Shown here one piece after another: positions 19,068-29,454 of a stretch of 64,000 bases of DNA. A program made the position numbers and the translations under genes. Below the pieces are notes generated by a model. That model was not told the DNA's origin. It ran no database searches and saw only the letters and a program-made list of their open reading frames with translations. Origin of the DNA: Pseudomonadota bacterium (GTDB lineage: Bacteria > Myxococcota > JACRCW01 > JAFGSX01); contig JBDRCO010000113.1 of NCBI GenBank assembly GCA_043821645.1, positions 64,001 to 128,000 on the forward strand, in the 5' to 3' direction. How positions within the stretch are numbered: position 1 is the first letter of the stretch; every line of letters starts with the position of its first letter.

Positions 19068-20924
19068 CTATTTTGGGGTCACGGACAGGTCTATCAGCAG
19101 AGAATAATCATCCTTGAACCTGACTGGATATTGTTTTTCCAGCTCACCGATCAGGTCTCGAAATCGACAATTGTTTTCGGCCAGAACGCGAGTTCTATCG
19201 TTGTAGGGAGTGCCGCGGTAGTGCAATCTCTTGGCAATTGTCTTCATGCCTCGCCCGTATTTCGCTTCATCCGAGTACGAGTACAATAAATAGTCTATGT
19301 GTTGCTGGCGCAGGTAGCTCGCGAGTTCTTCTGCTGTCCCCTTGAGCGGCATGCCAGGAGGAGGGCTCGCGCTGCCCGCGTGATCCACAACCACGATGAC
19401 GTTGCGCTTGAAATCTAGCAAATATGGGTGTGATAAAACAGCCATGATGGTGGCTCCTGCCGGAGTCGCCTGTTGTCCTCTTCGTACGGTTTCGGGCTGC
19501 ACTTCAAACGCCGCGCTGTTTTTCGTGATCTTCTTGATCGAATCGACTCTTTTTTCCATGACCGATGGGATATCTGGCCACAGCAGCCCGGTATAAAACG
19601 CGAGCGATACCCAACCCATCCAGGCACCAAAAGGTCGACGACACGCCATCGTCTCGACGACCAGGTACGTCACAACGGCAAAGATCATGGGGTAAGTATA
19701 ACGAGGGATGTTGAGCGTAAGAAAAGACAGCAGCAAGGAACCAAGGACACCAGCGACAAAGGCTATGACCGCAACGGGGTTCACCGACAGACTGCGTCTT
19801 TTGAAGAATATGAGTAACAGCAGAAGCATGCCAGTCAGGGTGAAAGGCTGAGCCAAGACATCGACAAGTGCCTTTTTTGTGTAGCTCCAGCTGATATCCT
19901 GAGCCCTTATCGAAAGCGCCGCAGCTCCTTGTTGCCAACTCGTTTGCGTTCCGTGGCCAAGGAGTGGAAACAGCAGGGTGTCGCTGCTTTGATACATCGC
20001 CAGCATCCAGGGCAGGAGCAGCAATAATCCGACACCGGCCACCCTGAGGCCACAATGGATTCGCTGCAAAAAAGGCAGGCGCTTGTCTAAAAAAAATACT
20101 GCGATCGCCAGGATCCCAAGTCCTTCAATGACCGTGGTCTTGAGAGAACAAAGCGCGGCCACAACGATACCTGTCTTGACAACTTCGATCGTCTTTTGGT
20201 GCAGCTTCGGTGTCGAGAACCGGCACAAGAAAAGGTAATACAATGCCAAGGACGTGATCAAACTGGTCAGGTTTGTTGCTGGCGGCTGATGCAGGTGCCA
20301 GAGCATGAGCACCAACACCAGGGCAATATTGGGCACTTTGCGTCGATATCCATGGTTCATCACAAGCAGGACAAAAACCATCCAGCCGACGGTCGCATCC
20401 ATCGTGCGCAGCTGTGTCGCGGGAACAAGGGTCAACATGATGGCGTTGAGAAAATCCTGTCCACCAAGAACGCCGAGACGACGTTCATTGAACGGGTCGT
20501 CACCCATGTGTCCCGTGGCCAGCATCCGGTGCGGAAAGACAAGATAACCCTGACAGTCGTCATGAGGATTCAGGACGGGAAGAGTGCCGTACAGCATGCT
20601 CAATACAAGCAATGGCCCGAGAAGAAGGAACGCATATTTTCGCCTGCACAAGAACAGCGCGAAATATTTTTTGAGTTTTTTTCTTTTACGGACCAGAAAA
20701 TAAATCCAGGTACCCAGGCCCGATAGCAGGAGAATCCAGATGCCAAGGACCGATATCAGGTGCACAAAATTGAGTATCCCTCCGATGACACAGGCCAGCG
20801 CCATGCCAAATGCAGCTGCCGATGCGAAATCGTCACGCGCTGTGTGCAGCGAGACAAGGTGCCCCAGCCCGACGAAGGACAGGTAGACCAAAATGCTCGC
20901 GAGTCCGGCCCACACCAGTAACAT
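19068..20924 (-). CDS. Multi-pass membrane protein, possible GT-C glycosyltransferase; AT-rich
   Basis: Many TM segments, NPHDD acidic motif in the first loop, C-terminal soluble domain; composition differs from flanks. Confidence 0.7.
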   Translation of the reverse strand: MLLVWAGLASILVYLSFVGLGHLVSLHTARDDFASAAAFGMALACVIGGILNFVHLISVLGIWILLLSGLGTWIYFLVRKRKKLKKYFALFLCRRKYAFLLLGPLLVLSMLYGTLPVLNPHDDCQGYLVFPHRMLATGHMGDDPFNERRLGVLGGQDFLNAIMLTLVPATQLRTMDATVGWMVFVLLVMNHGYRRKVPNIALVLVLMLWHLHQPPATNLTSLITSLALYYLFLCRFSTPKLHQKTIEVVKTGIVVAALCSLKTTVIEGLGILAIAVFFLDKRLPFLQRIHCGLRVAGVGLLLLLPWMLAMYQSSDTLLFPLLGHGTQTSWQQGAAALSIRAQDISWSYTKKALVDVLAQPFTLTGMLLLLLIFFKRRSLSVNPVAVIAFVAGVLGSLLLSFLTLNIPRYTYPMIFAVVTYLVVETMACRRPFGAWMGWVSLAFYTGLLWPDIPSVMEKRVDSIKKITKNSAAFEVQPETVRRGQQATPAGATIMAVLSHPYLLDFKRNVIVVVDHAGSASPPPGMPLKGTAEELASYLRQQHIDYLLYSYSDEAKYGRGMKTIAKRLHYRGTPYNDRTRVLAENNCRFRDLIGELEKQYPVRFKDDYSLLIDLSVTPK

Positions 20925-21162
20925 GTCGTTCCACCAGGAAAGAACGAAAGGCCTCGGGTGTGTCCGTATCTACCAGAATTTCAAGTGCGTTGACCAAAAT
21001 TTTCAATCAAACAAACTGGTGAGAGGTGGTCTCATCAGGTCAGCTTGTCTTGGTACATGTTTGGGGGGTACCTGTTCTTGGAGTCCTGTGGATGCTGGAT
21101 GGGGTGTTTCAGAGCCCGACCTTTGTCTAGAATAATAGCGTGGCCGGCGCGGAGAACACTCG

Positions 21163-22317
21163 ATGAGTCAGCTCCATTACATGTTCCACACCCTGTTTGA
21201 CGTCGCCAGACAAGAGGGCACGGTGTTGCTGGGGCAGGTCCAGAAGGTCGAGCCACAGTCGCGCACCCTCGCGATCCGCGTCACCCGGCGCTGGCCCGCC
21301 AAACAGGAATCAAGCGCGATCTACCCCGACGGCTCTCCGACCAGGGCAAAGGTCGGCACGGTCTTCGAAAGCCAGCTGTACGGCGGTGTGGAGTGGACCG
21401 ACCCCGACGAGTCGCCGATAGAGATGCGTCTGGCGGGATATGCCACCGCTTCGGACTTCGCCATCGGCAACGACGTCCTGCTGGTAGCGAGCATGACCGT
21501 CGACGCCATGGCAGCCACCACGCGCAATATTCAGTTGGTGGAGATGGCCTTCGACGCCGACAAGCTCAGAGCCTATCTCGAGTCGGCATCGAGTCCGCAG
21601 CTCATCGCGGATCTGAGTTGCCCGCACATGCAGAAGGCAGCCCTCCAATTCCTGGAGCGCTCAGGTCGGCTCACCGCTGGTGACGTGCTCGCGGCTTTTG
21701 ACGGCACCGAGCTCCGGACTCTGATCGAGGACCTGTACGAAGCCTGGAGCTATCCGCAACAGGCCAGGTTCATGACCCAGGCTCTGAAGTATTTTGAGAC
21801 CAGTGCCCGACGTCCCTGGGGTGATCGATTGGCTCTGATCTGCAAGAAGGCTTGCGACATGGTGTGGGACTGCCAGGGGCATCGGGACAAGAAGACGTGG
21901 GAGGCCCTCGGCGCTCTGTGCGCACTGCTCGATCCCAGACACAAGGAAGAAGCCGACGCCATGTACTCGATGGACTTCCGGATGCGGAAGCTGGCGGAAG
22001 ACGATGCGCGCACGCTTCCCCTGTCGACCTTCAACGCCCTGACTGCCAGCTACCTCTTGTTCGAATACAGTGACACCGGCAGCTTCGCCTACTACCTCAG
22101 CCCGCAGCTGAAGACCATGACGCCCGCGGACAGAGCGGCGTTCCTCGAGCTTCTCAGCGCCGAGATCGAACGCGAGAAAAAAGACCCTCGCCCCCGTCTG
22201 CGAAAATTGGACAAGGAGCTCTACGAGGTTCTGACTGAGGCGTTCAGGGGGCTGAGCAGCCCCGAGGTGAATGCGAGCCTGGCCACGATCGCAGGGCAGC
22301 TTGGCACGCGTTCCTAG
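21163..22317 (+). CDS. Hypothetical protein
   Basis: 384-aa ORF, GGAG RBS, helical C-terminal half; no family recognised. Confidence 0.7.
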   Translation: MSQLHYMFHTLFDVARQEGTVLLGQVQKVEPQSRTLAIRVTRRWPAKQESSAIYPDGSPTRAKVGTVFESQLYGGVEWTDPDESPIEMRLAGYATASDFAIGNDVLLVASMTVDAMAATTRNIQLVEMAFDADKLRAYLESASSPQLIADLSCPHMQKAALQFLERSGRLTAGDVLAAFDGTELRTLIEDLYEAWSYPQQARFMTQALKYFETSARRPWGDRLALICKKACDMVWDCQGHRDKKTWEALGALCALLDPRHKEEADAMYSMDFRMRKLAEDDARTLPLSTFNALTASYLLFEYSDTGSFAYYLSPQLKTMTPADRAAFLELLSAEIEREKKDPRPRLRKLDKELYEVLTEAFRGLSSPEVNASLATIAGQLGTRS

Positions 22318-22772
22318 CGCGCCCCCACAGCCGCGAACAAGCCCCAAAGCAGGTGCCCGTAGAGTCCTGCTGCGACCTCTGGTTTGGGGTCAGCGGCCCA
22401 GCTGGCTGTTATGGCCGGGGGGGGAATTCGTGCCGCATCTGTCAAGGCCTGTGGGCCCGCGGGCTCGGTCAAATACCCTGGAGGATGTGCCTCGTGAGCG
22501 CGGTGGGCAGCATGAGAGGGTCGCCAGGTGTCTCGGTTGGGGTCGCCGGGTGACCCCTCGTGGTCTGCCATCGGCCACATGGTGCGCTCCCCTTCCTTGC
22601 TGCAATGGCCTGTGCTGTGAAGCTGGAGGGACAGAGCCGACGCGGTCCCCCCCCCTCGTCACCCCGAGAGAACCAGGGGTCATCGGCGTTTCCAAATTTC
22701 GAACCAGCGGAGATAATCTATGCCTCACCCACACGCGTTGGCCGCGTGCCGGCAAGCGAAGGGATCTCGAAC

Positions 22773-23648
22773 ATGAGTCAGGCCACGTTCTCCAGGGGGA
22801 TGGTGATGGTGCTGGCGTTTGCGCTGAGCTCCTGCGCTCACCAGACCACGATCCGGGTCAAGCAGAAGGGTGCCGAGATCCAGGTCGACGGAAAGGCCCT
22901 GGGTCAGGACGAGGTGGTCGCCGAACTCGAGCAGGGCCTGGGCGGCGAGCACTCCATCGTGGTCACGCATCCGCAGCACGGTGAGATGGCCCTGACCGTG
23001 CCCCGCGAGCACATCAACCAGGGCAACCTCTGGGGCGGCATTGGCGGCTGCGTGGGAGGTGGTCTGGTGGGCAGCGGCGGCATGCTGGGGCTCGCGGCGC
23101 TGTCTGCGCTGCCGGCGGCCCTGGGCATCCCCTGTGGCCTCCCCTTCACGGGTCTGTGCGCCTGCGCGTCGCCGGTCGTGGGCGTGTGCACGGGCCTGCC
23201 CTTCTTGACCTTGCTGTTGTGGATGAACCAGGGCCCTGACGAGATCGACATCGACATGGTCACCAAGGAGGTCGTGGCCACGCCTGTGACCGCGATCGTG
23301 GTGCCCGGGGCCGAGGACGAGGAGGTGGAATCGTCCGCTGGCGGCGCGAACGAGCCGCTCAAGGCCGAGCCGGGCCAGGAGCTGATGACGGTCGACGCCA
23401 ACCTCCAGCGCGGTGCCGAATCTGTGGGTGGCAAGCTGACGGTGACCAGCACCGAGCTGATCTTCCGGTCACACGATTTCAACGTGCAAAAGGGCGAGAC
23501 CCGGATCGCGCTGGCCGACGTCCGCACGACCGAGAAGTTCGGCCTCATCCCCAACGGCCTGAAGGTGATCACGCACAGCGGCAAAAAGTACGAGTTCCGC
23601 GTCAACGACCGCGACAAGATCATCGCGCTGATCAACAAGCACAAGTAG
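22773..23648 (+). CDS. Putative membrane lipoprotein with C-terminal GRAM (PH-like) domain
   Basis: LSSC lipobox; Gly/Cys-rich hydrophobic hairpin; ANLQRGAESVGGKLTVT..LIFRSH..GLIPNGLKV. Confidence 0.7.
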   Translation: MSQATFSRGMVMVLAFALSSCAHQTTIRVKQKGAEIQVDGKALGQDEVVAELEQGLGGEHSIVVTHPQHGEMALTVPREHINQGNLWGGIGGCVGGGLVGSGGMLGLAALSALPAALGIPCGLPFTGLCACASPVVGVCTGLPFLTLLLWMNQGPDEIDIDMVTKEVVATPVTAIVVPGAEDEEVESSAGGANEPLKAEPGQELMTVDANLQRGAESVGGKLTVTSTELIFRSHDFNVQKGETRIALADVRTTEKFGLIPNGLKVITHSGKKYEFRVNDRDKIIALINKHK

Positions 23649-24085
23649 CTGCGCCACAGATGCGCCCACAGTGCGGGGTGCCAGGCACCTGTCGGGGTTC
23701 TCATTTATCAGTTTCTAGCTCCCGGCTGGGGCGCTGCGGGCCCGAGAGACTCCGGCAGAGGCGTCGGATACCCGAGCACCCTTTTCAACAGGAATGCTGC
23801 AACCACGAAGAAACACACCCCCTGGACACTCCTGCCGATGGCCGGCGATGAAGTGAGGACGGAGGCCGTCATGACGCCGCCATGCTCGGTGAAGACCCAG
23901 GGCGCTTATTTTCAGTGAGACCCGCGCCCGGTTTTGGGTCACATTCTGCGAGATTGAAGAGATCCAGCCGTCGCCATCGAGAACGAAGAGGCGGGGTCCT
24001 GGAGGACCCTTGCCGCACTGTGCCGAACCTGTCCCTCGCTGATCTGGGGCATGGCATGCAGGTGGCACCACAGCCCAAAACGACA

Positions 24086-24125
24086 CAGGCCGCGTCAGCA
24101 ACTACCGACGCGGCCTGCTCTTTTT
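24086..24125. terminator. Intrinsic terminator hairpin downstream of tRNA-Val, possibly bidirectional
   Basis: CAGGCCGCGTC / GACGCGGCCTG 11-bp stem with T-tracts nearby on both strands. Confidence 0.7.
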
Positions 24126-24128
24126 CGT

Positions 24129-24200
24129 TGGGCGATACTGGGTTTGAACCAGTGGCTTCCACCGTGTGAAGATGGCACTCTACCGCTGAGTTAATCGCCC
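24129..24200 (-). tRNA. tRNA-Val (anticodon CAC), CCA not encoded
   Basis: Reverse complement GGGCGATTAACTCAGCGGTAGAGTGCCATCTTCACACGGTGGAAGCCACTGGTTCAAACCCAGTATCGCCCA folds as a full cloverleaf. Confidence 0.96.
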
Positions 24201-24234
24201 TCTGAATACCTCATCCGTGCAAGCACGGGGGCTG

Positions 24235-24264
24235 TGTTTAACAGCCCTGCACCCATCCTGGCAA
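24235..24264 (-). promoter_or_regulatory. Putative promoter of tRNA-Val
   Basis: TTGCCA-N18-TAAACA followed by a GC-rich discriminator. Confidence 0.4.
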
Positions 24265-24286
24265 GCAAGATCAAGCAGGCCAGATA

Positions 24287-25903
24287 TCACACCCTGACCA
24301 TGTCATCCGAGGTCGCCGGAGCCGTCCCGAGCAGCTCCACATTGGTCGCGGCGCGAGCGTCGGACAGCGCGAGGACCTTCTCGAGGATCTGCGGGTAGGT
24401 CACGATGACCTCGTTGAAGCTCTTGGCCGGCAGGCGGAGCACGATACAGGTCCCTTGGGTGGTGATGGACGCGGACACGGGCGAGCGCTCGAGCAGGGAC
24501 ATCTCGCCGAACACATCCCCCGCACCGAGCTCGGCCAGCACCACACGCCGGCCGTCGAGGTGGCGCGACACCTCGCAGCGTCCGCTGAGGAGAACGTACA
24601 GACCATCGCCCTTTTGACCCTCGCTCAGGATCTCGGTGCCGGGGGCGATCTCGCGGCTTTTGAACTTCTCGATGAGCTGCTTGCGCTGCTCGCGACCAAA
24701 GGGGGCGAACACGGGCGAGGTGCTCAGCAGGTTGGCGAGCAAGCGCTGCTTGTGAAAGCGCGCCATCACCTGCTTCACGCTCGGGTGCTCCGCGATCACC
24801 GCCTGCAGGGTATCGCGGGAGAGCTCGAGGAGTTCGACCGCCCCATCGCCGATGACGCTGGCCGCTCGCCGGCCGTCACCGAGCAGGGCCATCTCACCAA
24901 AGAACGAACCCTCGCCGAGCCGGGCCAGCTCGATCTCGCTCCCGCCATCGCCGTCGTGAACGACCCGCACCGCCCCCGAGGCAATGATGAAGCAGGCGTC
25001 ACCCACCTCGCCCTGGCGCACCACGATCTCGCCGGGCTCGAGATGGCGGAGCGCCAGCCGCTCGAGCAGGCCCACGAACGCAGCCTTGGACAGGTCGGAG
25101 AACAGAGGGATGGGCGGCAGCTCGGCCAGATCCACCGTCTGCGGCTCGGGCGGAGGCATGGGTGCGCCGGTCACCAGCTCGAGCTCGATCTCCTCACCCT
25201 CGATGACGTCGTCGGCGAAGGAAATGGCGTCGTCGCCCGGCGTGGCAGCGGCGGACGCTGGCGCTGCCACCGTGGGCAAGGGTTCGAGGTCGAGTTCGAT
25301 GGCCCCATCATCGGTCCTGGATGCCGGGGTGACACCGCCAAAACCCATGTCGATGCCGATGCCGGCCATGGCCGTACTGGCGTCGACGGTGGGACCGCTG
25401 TCCTCGAGTGTGCCCTGCACGGCGGGGAGGGGCTCGACACTGGGATCGACGTTGCGAGCACCGGCAAAGGCCGCGATGGCCGCGGAGGAAACACCGCGCA
25501 GAGCGCTCGTCGTGGTCCTGGGCAGGGTCCCGGTGATCGCCGCCGCCATGGTCGCGGGAATCTCGGCCTGGGTCGAGGTGCCCCGCTTGCGGCCGTAGAG
25601 TTCGGCGAGGATGCGCTGGGTCTCGGTGTGATCCTTGTCGATCTGCAAGATCACCTTGCACACGGCGATGGCTTTGAGCAGCAGACCATCGGCGGCGTAG
25701 GCCCCGGCGACGGCCTGGTAGGCCTCGATGGCCTTGGCGTTGTGGCCGAGCTTGCGGTACAGGTCGCCACAGCGCTGCCTCGACGGCAGGTCCTGGGGCT
25801 CCAGCCGCACCACCTCGGCGAGGTACTCCAGCGCCTTCTCGACGCGACCCTTGGCCATCATCTGTGCCGCCGCGTCTTTGAGCTTGCGAACCTTGTCTGC
25901 CAT
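24287..25903 (-). CDS. TPR plus two cyclic-nucleotide-binding domains
   Basis: N-terminal TPR helices; FFGEMALLGDGRRAASV and VFGEMSLL; PLFSDL. Confidence 0.88.
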   Translation of the reverse strand: MADKVRKLKDAAAQMMAKGRVEKALEYLAEVVRLEPQDLPSRQRCGDLYRKLGHNAKAIEAYQAVAGAYAADGLLLKAIAVCKVILQIDKDHTETQRILAELYGRKRGTSTQAEIPATMAAAITGTLPRTTTSALRGVSSAAIAAFAGARNVDPSVEPLPAVQGTLEDSGPTVDASTAMAGIGIDMGFGGVTPASRTDDGAIELDLEPLPTVAAPASAAATPGDDAISFADDVIEGEEIELELVTGAPMPPPEPQTVDLAELPPIPLFSDLSKAAFVGLLERLALRHLEPGEIVVRQGEVGDACFIIASGAVRVVHDGDGGSEIELARLGEGSFFGEMALLGDGRRAASVIGDGAVELLELSRDTLQAVIAEHPSVKQVMARFHKQRLLANLLSTSPVFAPFGREQRKQLIEKFKSREIAPGTEILSEGQKGDGLYVLLSGRCEVSRHLDGRRVVLAELGAGDVFGEMSLLERSPVSASITTQGTCIVLRLPAKSFNEVIVTYPQILEKVLALSDARAATNVELLGTAPATSDDMVRV

Positions 25904-26047
25904 GTCGTTGTTCTTTCGCTGGGCGCGTGAAGCCCTGCCCGCCGGCAGCACCCTCCTTGGGGTATGCCGGCAACCCACCCCGCGTCGAGGGGCTTCCGTC
26001 GTGGCCGTGCAACCCTGCGTTGCCAGCCTCGGTCGCTTGAGGGTAGG

Positions 26048-27379
26048 ATGCCGCCCTCATTGATAGGAAAACGCGTGACGACCTCGAAGACCACCTTTTT
26101 TTTCTTTTTGGCGACGCTGCTGCTCGGTGCCTGCGCGCGGGAGTACATCGGCGACGATCCTCCCCTCGATCGCCTGCACTTCCCCATCGGCATCGCGGTG
26201 AGTCCGACCGAGCGCACGGCGCTGGTTGTCAGCTCGAATTTTGACCTTGGCTTCAACCGCGGCGCGGTGCTCAGCATCGACCTCGGAGCGGTGGATGCCC
26301 GGCTGGACGCCGCCACGGCCCCACTCGCGGATGCCATCACCGACGTGTTCTCGGGCGCTGCCTTCTTGCCGTCGTTTGCTGGCCAGGTGCGCTTTGACGA
26401 CAGCGGTCGACACGCCTTCGTCCCCAACCGCGCCGAGGCCAGCCTGCTCGAACTGGAGCTCGGCACTCCTCAGCAAGCACGAGCCTTGAGCTGCGGTGAT
26501 CGCGGTGAGGTGCCCCAGGACTGCACCGCCGGCGACCACGTGCTGCAGCTCACCGCCGCCGACCCCTATGCGATCGAGGTGCAAAGCCGCAGCGACGGCG
26601 CGCGCATCTACGTGGGGGGGCTCGACGGTGGCGAGGTCAACGGGGTGGACGCCGACTTCACCGTCAGCGGCGAGCGTCGCCTCACCCTGCCTGTGGTGGT
26701 GGACAGCGAGCTGCAGCGGGCCAGCGGTCTGGCGCGGCTCCCGGCGTCGGGCCTGGCCCCCGAGTACCTGCTCATCGCCGGGGAACTGCGCCCAGCGAGC
26801 TCAGATCCTCGCCCCGCGGGCGCCTACCTGCGCCTGTTCTCCACCGGCCTGGCGTCGTCCCAGAATCTCGGCGCGGTTCCTCTGGTGAGCGCGAACCAGG
26901 CTGCGGATGCACGAGGTGTGGTCGTCACTGCGGATGGCACGCGGGCCTTCGTGCTTCAGCGCGGTCCGGATTCCGTGGCCGCGGTGGATCTGACCCCGGG
27001 TGTCGGTGGGCTCCCCAGGTTCAGGACCGTGGCCGTGCAGAGCGTTGGCCGCAAACCCGTGGCCATCGCGCTCGATGCCAGCGCCCCGGGCGCGGCCCAG
27101 ATCCTCGTCGCCTGCTTCGAGGAGAAGAGTCTGTATGCCCTCGATGCCAGGACCTTGCAGATCGTCGCGGTGATCCCGGATCTCGATGGCAGCCCTGCGG
27201 ACCTCGCGGTGGACGGCGCCAGCGCACGCGCCTACGTGACGCTTTTCGACCGCGACGTGGTCGCCGTGATCTCCCTGGACAGGCCCGAGCACCCTGGCCT
27301 CACCGTGCAGGCCTGGCTCGGAACGCCCCGCCCGACGCCCGATCCCAGCTGGACCCTGGACAACCTGTCGCCGCTGTAG
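26048..27379 (+). CDS. YncE-like beta-propeller lipoprotein
   Basis: LLGAC lipobox; LHFPIGIAV, VSSNFDL, repeated P-x-x-I/L-A-V/L-D blades. Confidence 0.75.
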   Translation: MPPSLIGKRVTTSKTTFFFFLATLLLGACAREYIGDDPPLDRLHFPIGIAVSPTERTALVVSSNFDLGFNRGAVLSIDLGAVDARLDAATAPLADAITDVFSGAAFLPSFAGQVRFDDSGRHAFVPNRAEASLLELELGTPQQARALSCGDRGEVPQDCTAGDHVLQLTAADPYAIEVQSRSDGARIYVGGLDGGEVNGVDADFTVSGERRLTLPVVVDSELQRASGLARLPASGLAPEYLLIAGELRPASSDPRPAGAYLRLFSTGLASSQNLGAVPLVSANQAADARGVVVTADGTRAFVLQRGPDSVAAVDLTPGVGGLPRFRTVAVQSVGRKPVAIALDASAPGAAQILVACFEEKSLYALDARTLQIVAVIPDLDGSPADLAVDGASARAYVTLFDRDVVAVISLDRPEHPGLTVQAWLGTPRPTPDPSWTLDNLSPL

Positions 27380-27386
27380 CCCCGCG

Positions 27387-29279
27387 GTGAGGACGGTCTC
27401 GAGGATGAGAGAGATGAGCATGCGCGTGGCGAACCCGATTCGAAGTGAGCGCCACGTGCGGCTCGCCGCGGCCCTTGGCCTGATGCTATTTGTGGGTGGA
27501 TCCTTCTGCCCTGAAGCCCAGCAGGCGGGGAGCGGAAACCTGGACCGGCCACAGGGCGTCGCGGTTTTTTCCGTCGACAATGCCCCCTACGCCTTGCTGC
27601 CCATGCCCCAGCAGCACCACCTGCGCGTGTTCAGCTTGACCTCCCGCATCTTCGTGCCGGCGCCCAACCTGTATTTCCCGCTGTCCGTGCCCGTGGGACC
27701 CTACAGCGCGCGCATGGCCGTCGACGCGGCACACCGCCTGGCCTGGGTGCTGGACAGCGCCGATGGGTCGCTGCGTGCCCTGAGCCTGGGTGTGGCCGCA
27801 GACCCAGCCGCCTTCGCCCGAGTGGGGCAGGCCATCCCCGTCGGCCTGGCGCCCTCGGGTGTGGCCGTGGACCCCCTGGCTGCGAAGCCACGGCTGTGGG
27901 TGAGCAGTGCGCGCACCGCGGAGGTGCTCGAGCTGACCACCGATGACGCAGCGCGCGCCGTGGAGCTGGTGACCAGCTGGCCGGTGGGTGTGCAACCCTC
28001 GGACCTGGGCTACGACGCGAGCTCGAGCCAGCTCGTGATTGCGGATGCGGCGAGTTCTGCCGTGACCCTGCTACAGCCGGAGACCGGGGCCGTGCGCGCG
28101 ATCGAGGTGGGCGGCGCCACGGCCCGGGTCAAGCTGGGCCACGCCTACCTGGCGGCGGAGGCTCCGGATGCCACCGTGGCGCTGGTGCTGCGTCTGGATG
28201 CACCCGAGATCGCACTGCTGCGCCCGGACCAGGACCCGCCGCTGTGGGCCCGCGTCGAACTCCCCGATATCCCGGTCGACGCCGAGTTCTTTGGATCGTC
28301 CAGCGCCGGCGATGCCAGCTGTGCGGGCCTCGATCGCACCGAGGCCTGTGGCGCAGCGGCCATCCTGACGCAGAAGGGGCTGATCTATTACATCGAACTC
28401 GACGCGGTGGATGCCGCAGGGCGTCTGGTACCGCGCCTGATCGACGAGGACGTGGATCTCCCGGACCTGTCCGCAGATCCCAACCTCGAACCCTCGCTGT
28501 ACGACCCCGCGAGCGACGCCCCCGATGCGCTGGCGAGGCGGCCCATCGTCACCACCGCCGTCGTCGAAGACGCGGGGACGCCGCCGCTGGTCCAGCAGTC
28601 CGGCACTGCGACCCTGCTGTTCACCTACCAGGGTATCCTGGCGCCTGTGCGCGATCGTCTGGGCCGCTACGAGCCGGATCTCGAACGTCTGGTGGACGTC
28701 GATGCCGAGCAGCGCGGAGTGGACCTGGCAAGCGTCCACGTCCGAGTGGGCGACCTGGTCGAGATCGCGGAGCAGTCGGGCTGCCCGACGATGCTGCGCC
28801 TCCCCGTGGTGCAGGTCAGCGGCGCGGCACTGGTCGTGGCACCTGCGGGAGGTGATCCGGATTGCCTGCGGCGAAGCGGCGGCGTCCGCTTCAGCGTGCG
28901 CGCCGGTGCCTCGTTCACCGTGGCCAGCGCCCGCGAGGACGCAGCGCAGAGCATCCTCGGCCGGGTGGACCCCGAGGAGGCCTACAACGCCCGGGTGGTC
29001 ACCCTCACGCTGTCCCTGGCCGCTGCCGGCGCCCCCGCGACCAGCGCGGTGATCGCAGTACCGGTGCGCGACAACTTCTCACCGCGCGCCGTGGACCTGG
29101 GGCTGAGCGGTACGCTGCCCACGGGTCTGGCGCTGTCCATGGTCGGCCCCAGCGAGGCGCGCGTGCCACGGCTGCTGGTCACGGCGGCCGGTGGTTCCTC
29201 GCTGTTCCTGCTCGCGCCTGGTATCCAGGGTTACGTCGGCCAGGACATCCTGGCCACCGGTGCCGAACGCTTCGAGTAG
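27387..29279 (+). CDS. Exported beta-propeller protein or lipoprotein
   Basis: Hydrophobic leader ending SFC; LDRPQGVAV, VGLAPSGVAVD, VGVQPSDL blades; start uncertain. Confidence 0.7.
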   Translation: MRTVSRMREMSMRVANPIRSERHVRLAAALGLMLFVGGSFCPEAQQAGSGNLDRPQGVAVFSVDNAPYALLPMPQQHHLRVFSLTSRIFVPAPNLYFPLSVPVGPYSARMAVDAAHRLAWVLDSADGSLRALSLGVAADPAAFARVGQAIPVGLAPSGVAVDPLAAKPRLWVSSARTAEVLELTTDDAARAVELVTSWPVGVQPSDLGYDASSSQLVIADAASSAVTLLQPETGAVRAIEVGGATARVKLGHAYLAAEAPDATVALVLRLDAPEIALLRPDQDPPLWARVELPDIPVDAEFFGSSSAGDASCAGLDRTEACGAAAILTQKGLIYYIELDAVDAAGRLVPRLIDEDVDLPDLSADPNLEPSLYDPASDAPDALARRPIVTTAVVEDAGTPPLVQQSGTATLLFTYQGILAPVRDRLGRYEPDLERLVDVDAEQRGVDLASVHVRVGDLVEIAEQSGCPTMLRLPVVQVSGAALVVAPAGGDPDCLRRSGGVRFSVRAGASFTVASAREDAAQSILGRVDPEEAYNARVVTLTLSLAAAGAPATSAVIAVPVRDNFSPRAVDLGLSGTLPTGLALSMVGPSEARVPRLLVTAAGGSSLFLLAPGIQGYVGQDILATGAERFE

Positions 29280-29454
29280 CGCGCTCCACACTCCCGACCG
29301 CCTTCTGCACCCGCAGCGCAGCCTCATCCCAGATCGTGGTGAGGGATCCTGTTGTGGGGGGGCCCAGGCGACACGTTTTTAGGCTCGCGGGGACACGACG
29401 CGTCGGAGGTGAAGGCGAGGCCCCACAGACGGGTCAAGTGCGCAGGATTCCGCC

